Below, piece by piece: positions 1 through 7,048 of a stretch of DNA of 19,769 nucleotides. The stretch spans positions 1-19,769 of the forward strand of contig JBDRNT010000001.1 of the NCBI GenBank assembly GCA_043810925.1. The letters are read 5' to 3'. Numbering within the stretch: position 1 is the stretch's first letter; each line of letters opens with the position of its first letter. Both the position numbers and the translations under genes were made by a program. The stretch comes from Candidatus Eiseniibacteriota bacterium. GTDB taxonomy: Bacteria > Arandabacterota > Arandabacteria > Arandabacterales > Arandabacteraceae. The notes under the pieces are model-generated. The model had not been told where the DNA came from, made no database searches, and was given only the letters and a program-made list of their open reading frames with translations.

Positions 1-11
1 CTCTTTCGCAT
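1..11 (-). CDS. 5' end of a divergent gene running off the window (M-R-K...), product unknown
   Basis: The minus strand reads GGAGGT (26-21), 9 nt, then ATG CGA AAG (11-3). Strong RBS with normal spacing, but only 3 codons are visible. Confidence 0.5.
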
Positions 12-209
12 CGGGGCGTTACCTCCATGTGCAAGGTGTTGGTTGATTGCAAACATCTTACACCATGGGGTTAGTTTGCGCCCCGTCTTTTTTGCCAACT
101 TCTTGATTTAAATACAGTAAACAGTTTTGGGATGGGAACTAATTAGTGCGGCCTGGCGCAATTTCTGAGACTTCGCACAGTAATTTAGTATGGTGTCCGC
201 GTAATTATG

Positions 210-238
210 TTGACTCCGGCTTCATTGCCTGATAGATT
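210..238 (+). promoter_or_regulatory. sigma70-type promoter for the riboswitch/btuB transcript
   Basis: TTGACT (210-215), 17 nt spacer, TAGATT (233-238) preceded by TGn, about 25 nt upstream of the riboswitch P1 stem. Confidence 0.7.
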
Positions 239-261
239 CGTTAGTGACAAAACTGAATATT

Positions 262-456
262 CTTTCTCGGTGTCCGTAGGGACTGAAAAGGGAAGCGAGG
301 TGTGATTCCTCCGCGGTCCCGCCACTGTGATTGGTGAGCTCAACCTCAAGTAGCCACGGGTGGCCCCACCTGGAAGGCGAGGGTGAGCGGCTGAGCCATA
401 AGTCAGGAGACCTGCCGGGAAAGGCCCATGGAACTCTTCGTGGCAAAAGAGATGGG
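262..456 (+). ncRNA. Cobalamin riboswitch, class I (AdoCbl type)
   Basis: Closing stem CTTTCTCGG (262-270)/CCGGGAAAG (415-423). Conserved AAGGGAA (288-294) and GGTGTGATTCC T-loop hairpin. P5 GCGG-TCCCGCCA-CTGT (313-328). Peripheral extension with GCCACGG...TGGAAGGC. B12 box AGTCAGGAGACCTGCC (401-416). P13 hairpin 425-456. Lies directly upstream of a TonB-dependent receptor. Confidence 0.97.
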
Positions 457-457
457 T

Positions 458-493
458 GACCCGATCTCTTATTCTGTGAAGATCGGGTTTTTT
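458..493 (+). terminator. Intrinsic terminator of the riboswitch expression platform
   Basis: ACCCGATCT (459-467) pairs with AGATCGGGT (480-488), running into a T tract (488-493). Confidence 0.85.
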
Positions 494-542
494 GTCGGCC
501 CCGAGAGTCTCCGTGGTGAATTCGTTTGCCGAGCGGGGGGTC

Positions 543-2642
543 TTGGTGAAACGGCCGTCGCCATTCACGATCTTTGCTGCACTCGTTGTTACCGCAACCT
601 GTCTTCAGGTAACATCAGGCTGGTACTGTGTTTGCCTGGCCTCAGAGACCCGCACCTTCCCGGATACAGTCTTCACCCTTCCGGAGATTCTCATAGAAGC
701 TGAACGGATCTCCGAGCTCGAAGGACTGAGAGATCGTCCCGCATTTCTTACCATCATCCCCATGGACGATACAGGTCACCGTGTTTCGAGTGCCGCTGAA
801 TACCTTGCCCGGAGTGTGGGTGTCCATGTTCGCTCGACCGGTGGCTACGGCGCCTACAGCACCGCATCGGTCAGGGGATCATCCGCAAAGCAGGTCCGCG
901 TGTTCTTAGACGGAATCCCGCTTGGTCAGGCCCAGAGTGGCGTCATCGACCTTGCCGACATTCCCGTGTCATCGCTATCGAGGATCGAAGTCTATCGAGG
1001 CTTCGGGCCGTACGATCTTTCGGGAAGCTCAATCGGTGGTGTTGTTAACCTGGTGACCAAAAGAGCCGACGACATGGGCAGCGGACAGGTCTCGACATCG
1101 TACGGCTCGCTCTCCACCACAAGATACCACGGAAGTTACTTCTTCGCGCGGTCGGACTGGGACATGCTCGCTATCGCAAGCGCGACGTCATCGGCAAACA
1201 ACTTCGAGTTCCTTGATGATAACGGTACACCCTATAACCCGGATGACGATGAGACTGTCGAGCGCATCAACAACGATGTCGATGAGTATGAGGCACTGCT
1301 TAAGGTCAGCCGGCCTTTCTCGGGTGGTACCCTGGTAGCATCGAACCAGTTCTACTGCCGCCGCCAGGGGCTTCCCGGCTATAGCACGGTCCAATCACAG
1401 ACGGAGCGCATAACCAAAGTCTACGATCTTTCGCATATCGGCTGGCGCAGACACTGGGCAGCGGCCGCCGGACTCCGGACGGGGCTGGGGCTTTACTACC
1501 TCTACCAGCGCGACCACTTCGAGGACCGCCGGCCGAAGACGGTCGGTGTCAAACCCGATGAGAAGAATCGCACTCTGTCACTTGGTGGAAACCTGCGCTG
1601 GTCGCTGCCCCTCAGTAAGTGGCGGCAGACTCTGCGTGGTCTTGTTGAGTTCGGGCAGGAGGCGTTTCGACCCGAGGAAATAAGGACCGAAGTCGAGCAA
1701 GGGGAACGGCAAACCAGGAGAACGCTTGTCCTCAATCTTGAGGATGAGATCAATCTCATCACGAGACGCCTGCGTCTCGTGCCTACAGGCCGATACGAGC
1801 GCAACACAGACCATACCCAACCCTTCGAAACGATACGCCGCGACATGACAACCTATAATCGCGACCTTATCGACACAACCGTCGTCCATTCGCAGTTTTC
1901 AGGCACGGTCGGGCTGGTCGCTGTTCCGCGTACGGGTTTGAGCATAAAGGCCAACTACGGTCGCTCATACAGGGTGCCGTCCTTGATGGAGATCTTCGGC
2001 TACCGCGGTATGACCGTGCCCAACCCGGGGCTCAAGCCCGAGCGAGGCCTCAACCGTGACGTGGGCATAAATTATGACCTTCAATCCGGGGCGGGACCCT
2101 ATCTCACCGCCGAGTTCGCCTACTTCTGGTCTGATGTCGAGGACCTCATCATGTTCGTTTACGTGCCCTTTGCCCGGGCAGCCCAGGCGATAAACATCGA
2201 CAGTGCGGATATCGAGGGGTACGAGTGTTCGATATCATGCGGGACCTGGCGCGGCTTCACAGTATCGGCCAACCTGACCCATCTCACGGCTATCAACACC
2301 GGTCCGGTACCCTACATGAACGGCAAACATCTGCCCAACCGGCCAGGGGACGAAGCTTCGGCCGCAGTCAGGTGGTCGTACCGCGGAGCATCGGCCTTCT
2401 ATGAATTCGACTATATCTCGGGCAACTATTGGAATGCTTATAACGGCGTCGCACCCAATAACAAGGGTCCGCTCTTCGCAACTCGCAGCCTGCACGCCGC
2501 GGGTGCGAAAGTACCGACGGGTATCCCGCGCACTGATTTCGGTATCGAGGTAAGAAACATGACTAATCAGCAGTATGAGGATGTAATGGGTTTTCCACTA
2601 CCGGGTCGCTCAACAATCGCGACCCTCATGGTCAGGATCTAA
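543..2642 (+). CDS. btuB: TonB-dependent outer-membrane receptor, BtuB-like cobalamin transporter
   Basis: Plug motifs (ASVRGSSAKQVRVFLDGIP; IEVYRG; GSSIGGVVNLVTK), barrel motifs (SYRVPSLMEIF; NPGLKPERG; NMTNQQY...PLPGRS) and a hydrophobic N-terminus. Substrate is inferred from the riboswitch. Start placed at TTG 543 (or GTG 546) after GAGCGGGGGG, because the ORF-track start at 492 lies in the terminator T tract. Confidence 0.88.
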   Translation: MVKRPSPFTIFAALVVTATCLQVTSGWYCVCLASETRTFPDTVFTLPEILIEAERISELEGLRDRPAFLTIIPMDDTGHRVSSAAEYLARSVGVHVRSTGGYGAYSTASVRGSSAKQVRVFLDGIPLGQAQSGVIDLADIPVSSLSRIEVYRGFGPYDLSGSSIGGVVNLVTKRADDMGSGQVSTSYGSLSTTRYHGSYFFARSDWDMLAIASATSSANNFEFLDDNGTPYNPDDDETVERINNDVDEYEALLKVSRPFSGGTLVASNQFYCRRQGLPGYSTVQSQTERITKVYDLSHIGWRRHWAAAAGLRTGLGLYYLYQRDHFEDRRPKTVGVKPDEKNRTLSLGGNLRWSLPLSKWRQTLRGLVEFGQEAFRPEEIRTEVEQGERQTRRTLVLNLEDEINLITRRLRLVPTGRYERNTDHTQPFETIRRDMTTYNRDLIDTTVVHSQFSGTVGLVAVPRTGLSIKANYGRSYRVPSLMEIFGYRGMTVPNPGLKPERGLNRDVGINYDLQSGAGPYLTAEFAYFWSDVEDLIMFVYVPFARAAQAINIDSADIEGYECSISCGTWRGFTVSANLTHLTAINTGPVPYMNGKHLPNRPGDEASAAVRWSYRGASAFYEFDYISGNYWNAYNGVAPNNKGPLFATRSLHAAGAKVPTGIPRTDFGIEVRNMTNQQYEDVMGFPLPGRSTIATLMVRI

Positions 2643-2654
2643 GGAGGAATAGCC

Positions 2655-4139
2655 GTGAACAGGTTCAGCATCACACACGCCGCCGTTCGGATAGGGACGC
2701 TTATCAAGCGCATTGCCAGAGCTGCCCCAGTGGTACTCGTGCTCGCAACTTCACTCCAGGCTGACGAATATGCATTTGTCGTCACGACGGACTACTACTC
2801 GGCCGCATATTACTCTACCATCGAGATCGCCCCACCCCGAACCGCCGATGTGAGCATTGCACCTGTGAGTAGCGATCCTCTTGCGCACTATGATGTAGAA
2901 GAAGACATGATCTTTGTGATCAACCGCTACCTCGCCGACAATATCCAGATTGTCGAGCCCGGCCAGGGTTTCTCCACGATCGGGCAGTACTCCGTGGGAA
3001 ACGGATCCAATCCGCATGACATCAGGCTTGCAAGCGACACCAAGGCCTATGTATCGCGCTACGAATGGAAAACCCTCTTAATCGTGCACCCGTACACCGG
3101 TGACTCCCTGGGGACTATTGATCTCTCACCTCTTGCGGATGCTGACGGGATACCCGAGATGGACCGCATGGAGATTGTGGGGGACAGGCTTTTTGTTACG
3201 CTCAACAACATAGACCGTTTCACCTGGCTACCCGCAGGAGCCGGTAAGATTGCCGTGATTGATACCGAGACGGATACACTGGTTGACTGCGACCCGCTTA
3301 TCCCGGGCATCCAGCCCATCGTCCTTGCCCTCCCCAATCCCTACAGCGAGCTGAGATACGATCGCTGCCGTGGGGAACTGGTTGTCGGGTGTCTGGGCGC
3401 CTGGGGAGTCATGGACGGCGGAATCGAGACAGTCAATCCAGTTACGCTTAAGAGCAACGGCGTCGTCATAACCGAGACCGAGCTCGGTGGTGATATATAC
3501 GACGGCCTGTTTGCTCCTGACGGCAAGGGCTATGCCGTGGTGCTCGACCCTGCGCCCTGGCCGGATAACTACGGACGTCTTGTCGCGTTTGACCGAGCCA
3601 CGCGTGTTGTTACGGACACGCTTCACCGGCAGACATCGGGCATGGGTGCATCTCTGGCCACCATCGAGCTTAACAGGCAGCGGGAACTGTATCTGTGCGA
3701 TCGCGATCTCACCCAACCGGGCATCCGTATCTTCGACACCGTGGGCGATTCCCTGATAACATTTCGTGATGTGGGTATACCGCCCTTCGACATCGCGTTC
3801 ATCCAGGCGCCGATGGCGGGAACCGAACCCATCCCACAGCCTGATCCCGACACCCGAACGCTTGTGGCGCGGACGTACCCCAATCCCTTCAGGCAGGCGA
3901 CCAACATAGTGTTCACCGTGCCTGGTGAAGATTCGGCAACGAGAGTTCGCCTCAGCGTTTACGATCCCCGTGGACGCCTGGTTTCGATCCTTGTAGACTG
4001 CAGCATGCCGGCCGGAACCCATGTGGCACACTGGGACGGCCGCGACGGGTACGGTAAGCCTGTTGCCGGTGGGGTCTATTTCTGCAGCATCTCAGTCGAT
4101 GGCCGCAGGCGGACTTTTCCGCTCATCGCCACACGGTAA
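2655..4139 (+). CDS. Secreted YncE/BtuG-like beta-propeller with C-terminal FlgD-Ig/T9SS-type domain
   Basis: AAGGAGG RBS overlaps the receptor stop, GTG start. Signal peptide ends SLQA|D. Propeller-type blades (NPHDIRLASDTKAYVSRY; DRLFVTL...GKIAVIDT; GKGYAV; RELYLCDR...GIRIFDT; VGIPPFDIAF). Pro-rich linker, then YPNPF...LSVYDPRGRLV...WDGRDGYGKPVAGGVYF. Confidence 0.8.
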   Translation: MNRFSITHAAVRIGTLIKRIARAAPVVLVLATSLQADEYAFVVTTDYYSAAYYSTIEIAPPRTADVSIAPVSSDPLAHYDVEEDMIFVINRYLADNIQIVEPGQGFSTIGQYSVGNGSNPHDIRLASDTKAYVSRYEWKTLLIVHPYTGDSLGTIDLSPLADADGIPEMDRMEIVGDRLFVTLNNIDRFTWLPAGAGKIAVIDTETDTLVDCDPLIPGIQPIVLALPNPYSELRYDRCRGELVVGCLGAWGVMDGGIETVNPVTLKSNGVVITETELGGDIYDGLFAPDGKGYAVVLDPAPWPDNYGRLVAFDRATRVVTDTLHRQTSGMGASLATIELNRQRELYLCDRDLTQPGIRIFDTVGDSLITFRDVGIPPFDIAFIQAPMAGTEPIPQPDPDTRTLVARTYPNPFRQATNIVFTVPGEDSATRVRLSVYDPRGRLVSILVDCSMPAGTHVAHWDGRDGYGKPVAGGVYFCSISVDGRRRTFPLIATR

Positions 4140-4254
4140 CCTGCGCACCTCGGAACCGACTTCTATGGCGTGTTCAAGGTGCCCACGGCTATCCGGAGCG
4201 ATCGACCAGTTTCGATCTTCATCCCGGGCGGTCAGACGGCGCAACACTTCGGTA

Positions 4255-4283
4255 TTGACATTGTGCGGGTTCGCACGCAGACT
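4255..4283 (+). promoter_or_regulatory. Putative sigma70 promoter with a dyad in the spacer
   Basis: Perfect TTGACA (4255-4260), 17 nt, CAGACT (4278-4283). The spacer contains GTGCG-N4-CGCAC. Confidence 0.45.
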
Positions 4284-4352
4284 TTCCTGTGCTGGCCTGT
4301 TGGGCACAGCTGGGTAACGCTCAATACCCCTGGAAGCCGAAGGAGGAGTGTC

Positions 4353-4874
4353 ATGAGAACAACCATGAGAATATGGGTTCTGAGTCTGGTGATATGTGTC
4401 GGCCTCTGTGGTTTGACCGGTGCTCAGGCGGGGAGTCGGATAGGAGCAGGTCTGAATTACTGGTATGCCCTCAAGGATATCAATTTCGACGAATTCGATA
4501 GAAACGGGACATCGTGGTTCGTCTCCTACCAGAGGCGAGGCGATCAGTTGATCGGATGGGAAGCGGACTTCGAGCTCATGCCCAAGGGGTTCATGGGCTC
4601 ACGGGAAAAAGTCTACGCACCACAGGTCTACGCCGTCCTGGGAAGATCGCTCACGGCGGCCGGGGGGATCGGTTGGTATTACTCCGACGGGGATTGGTCT
4701 GACCAGCCGTTCTTTGCTCTGCGTGCCGGGATGGAGTTCAGTCTTATCCCGGCGATCGCGCTTGACATAACCGCCAATTACAGGTTTACCAAGTGGGGCA
4801 ATCTCAAGGACCAAGATATAGATATCGATACCGACACCATAACACTCGGGGCAGCGGTCCGCCTCGGCATGTAA
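4353..4874 (+). CDS. Small outer-membrane beta-barrel protein (about 8 strands, 173 aa)
   Basis: AGGAGGAG RBS before ATG 4353 (the ORF-track start at 4170 is too far upstream). Signal peptide ends AQA. Alternating amphipathic strands with aromatic residues, terminal strand ITLGAAVRLGM. Confidence 0.75.
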   Translation: MRTTMRIWVLSLVICVGLCGLTGAQAGSRIGAGLNYWYALKDINFDEFDRNGTSWFVSYQRRGDQLIGWEADFELMPKGFMGSREKVYAPQVYAVLGRSLTAAGGIGWYYSDGDWSDQPFFALRAGMEFSLIPAIALDITANYRFTKWGNLKDQDIDIDTDTITLGAAVRLGM

Positions 4875-5014
4875 GACCAGAAACTTCAACACGGAACTTG
4901 TCGTGGCATAAAACCCGCGAACTCAGGCCAGGTTCGGACCATACCCGCACTCCACCCTGGTGTTGCGGAGGTGGTGTCAAGAGTTGCTCGGAAATCCCTG
5001 GATGCGTAGGGTGG

Positions 5015-5046
5015 TTGCCAACAAGCCGTATAACTTGGTATAGTTA
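5015..5046 (+). promoter_or_regulatory. Putative sigma70 promoter for the lipoprotein gene
   Basis: TTGCCA (5015-5020), 18 nt, TATAGT (5039-5044) preceded by TGn. The inverted repeat TAACT-N6-AGTTA (5031-5046) overlaps the -10. Confidence 0.55.
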
Positions 5047-5149
5047 CAGGGGAAAAGAATGTCGGTTCGATAACTGGTGCCCGCCCTGGGCACTGGTGGA
5101 CGCGGCCGGACGGCCTTATATGCTCGGCTGCTCTAAGGGGGTGGGTTTG

Positions 5150-5701
5150 ATGACTGGTCAGTCTTCCCTCGATCGTGTTCTCCTGATCTCTCTGTTTGGT
5201 GTTGCTACGGCGCTGGTTGTGTCGGGTTGCACGGGGTCTAAGGATTGTGGCTGTGGGCCCGGACTTGACGGAACACTCTACTCTTGTTCGTTTGAGGCCG
5301 ATGCCGACACGCTCGGTTGGACCGGGTACGGTTCGATATGGCTTGCGGATGATGCTCCTCCAGGTGGAGGATCACGAGCCCTTGGTGTCGAAGGTGGGTG
5401 CATCGCGCCCCACGCGGCTTTCACGCTCGAACCCGAGGTCGACGGCAGCTATTGTTCGATCTGGTGCTGGGCCAGGGAGGTGAGTGCGCCTGGGCGGGTT
5501 GAGCTTAGACTCGCAGCAGACTATGAGGGGGGATCGATCGACCTCATAGTACAAGGAACCGACTGGAAGCGCTACTCTGCCAGCGGCTTCATATGGTGTC
5601 CCGCCGGCCGGAGTCTCGAAATCAACGTGTATTCAGGCGGCTTCCGTCAGCCCGGCGGGATCCTGCTGGATTTGCTGGAAGTCGTCAGAGTTCAGCGGTA
5701 A
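5150..5701 (+). CDS. Cys-rich lipoprotein (183 aa), possible galactose-binding/CBM-like jelly-roll domain
   Basis: AAGGGGG upstream of ATG 5150. Hydrophobic stretch ending in lipobox VSG-C. SFE...GW near the start and ILLDLLEV at the end, with a W-x-x-Y motif (TDWKRYS), resemble CBM-like beta-sandwiches. Confidence 0.65.
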   Translation: MTGQSSLDRVLLISLFGVATALVVSGCTGSKDCGCGPGLDGTLYSCSFEADADTLGWTGYGSIWLADDAPPGGGSRALGVEGGCIAPHAAFTLEPEVDGSYCSIWCWAREVSAPGRVELRLAADYEGGSIDLIVQGTDWKRYSASGFIWCPAGRSLEINVYSGGFRQPGGILLDLLEVVRVQR

Positions 5702-5769
5702 ACGAGGACTGAACCAGGCGGCATACGCACTTCCGCGTTTGTCCATGGACCGTATCCGGTCTGTCATGA

Positions 5770-5798
5770 TTGACCTATCGCCGATCCTGTGCTATGTA
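5770..5798 (+). promoter_or_regulatory. Putative promoter for the adhesin/peptidase pair
   Basis: TTGACC (5770-5775), 17 nt, TATGTA (5793-5798) preceded by TGn. Confidence 0.45.
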
Positions 5799-6035
5799 TG
5801 CTTCGTATTGGCTGGACAAGGGGGTGGAGACAGATCAGTATGTCTGCGACCTTCGACGGTTGGTTCAAGATAGGCTTCCGGCCATTCTGCATCAGGCCCG
5901 GTTTTGGTGGTTTCCCCCCCCCTGCATTATACGTTCAGAGCACGGCGTGCTGTGTGCTCGAGGGGGTAGCGCGAGGTGACCGACCGGCACCGGCGCAGTT
6001 ATCACCGTATCCAATCAGGAGGTGATAGATCTGCC

Positions 6036-7037
6036 ATGAGAGCCCAATCGTTCTTTGCTGCTTTTCTGGTATTGATCCTTACCGTGCCATCAATTGCCGG
6101 CACGGGTCTCAGGAATGTGCTGTTCGAAGGTTTTGAAAGCACATCTCCGCCTGCGCTTCCATCGGGGTGGGCAGCCTTAAACGCGAACGGTGATCTGGGC
6201 ATCTGGGAGACCAAGGCCTATGGCGGGGTCAACTGGGGCAGGCAATGCATCCGGTACGCTCCGGATCCCTTCACTCCCGGACCCGCGGATGACTGGTTCT
6301 TCACCCACGGGGTGACACTTTCAAACACCGATGTCTACACGCTTGAGTTCAGATACAAGACGAGCTCGGCGATGAACGTCGAGGCGATGAGTGTTTATGC
6401 AGGCTTAGGCCAGGATCCTCCATCGATGACAGTGGGCATCTGGAGTGACCCTGCGATCATTAACGATGACTACCTTAAGGCTTCGGTGGCATTCACGGTA
6501 CCGGTGACGGGGACCTACTATCTCGGATTCCACGCGTATAGCGGTCCGTTGCAGGGACGGCTCTTTGTTGACGATGTGAATCTGCTGATGCCCGAGGATC
6601 TACTCGAACTCAAGATCGCCATGACCCAGAGTCTCTGGAACTCCGGGGTGCCGACCTACACGGCCGGTGACACGATTGAGTGTTTTGTCAGTATTAAGAA
6701 CTCGGCCGCCGGAAGTACGATCCTCTACAAGGAGCTGTCCCTTGGTGAGGGCGAAACCGACACACAGCTCGGATTCGATATCACCGGCCCAGACGCACAG
6801 CCTGTGCCCTTTGTCTGCAAGATCGAAAAGAGCGGACCTCCGGGAGCGATGCACTTTGTTGCGGTTCCTCCCGACAGTATGATCGGCAAGGTGTTTGAAC
6901 TCTGGGGATGTTACGGATTCGAGCTGCTTGGCGACTATACGATTGAAGCACATTACAGGAACTATGCGGATCCAGGCGGCATCGGTGCTTGGAAAGGTGA
7001 GCTGCTGTCCGATCCGGTCATAATAAGACTTGAATAG
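6036..7037 (+). CDS. Secreted protein with a cleaved-adhesin/choice-of-anchor-J-like domain plus a second beta-rich domain (333 aa)
   Basis: AGGAGGTG RBS before ATG 6036. Signal peptide ends SIA. Motifs FEGFE...LPSGW...NGD...W, ADDWFFT, YTLEFRY, GTYYLGFHAYS and LFVDDV. The C-terminal ~130 aa look Ig-like (GDYTIEAHY...LSDPVIIRLE). Confidence 0.75.
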   Translation: MRAQSFFAAFLVLILTVPSIAGTGLRNVLFEGFESTSPPALPSGWAALNANGDLGIWETKAYGGVNWGRQCIRYAPDPFTPGPADDWFFTHGVTLSNTDVYTLEFRYKTSSAMNVEAMSVYAGLGQDPPSMTVGIWSDPAIINDDYLKASVAFTVPVTGTYYLGFHAYSGPLQGRLFVDDVNLLMPEDLLELKIAMTQSLWNSGVPTYTAGDTIECFVSIKNSAAGSTILYKELSLGEGETDTQLGFDITGPDAQPVPFVCKIEKSGPPGAMHFVAVPPDSMIGKVFELWGCYGFELLGDYTIEAHYRNYADPGGIGAWKGELLSDPVIIRLE

Positions 7038-7048
7038 GGGAGATGACA

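Noticed and set aside
185-703. ORFs 185-568(-), 222-446(-) and 428-703(+)
   Set aside because: They overlap the riboswitch, terminator or receptor gene and are shadow ORFs of structured RNA.
3228-4031. Long antisense ORFs (3228-4031, also 7667-8320 and 6600-7049)
   Set aside because: They lie opposite well-supported genes, have no motifs and are expected in GC-rich coding DNA.
4815-4838. GATATA-GATATC-GATACC-GACACC tandem-like run
   Set aside because: It simply encodes DIDIDTDT in a barrel loop; too short and degenerate for a repeat locus.
5070-5078. ATAACTGGT identical to the minus strand of the TetR upstream region (15516-15524)
   Set aside because: A single 9-mer match is plausible by chance in 20 kb, and the dyad context is not conserved.
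4170-5149. Long N-terminal extensions of ORFs 4170-4874 and 4793-5701
   Set aside because: Better RBS plus signal-peptide starts exist at 4353 and 5150, and the extensions cross promoter-like sequence.
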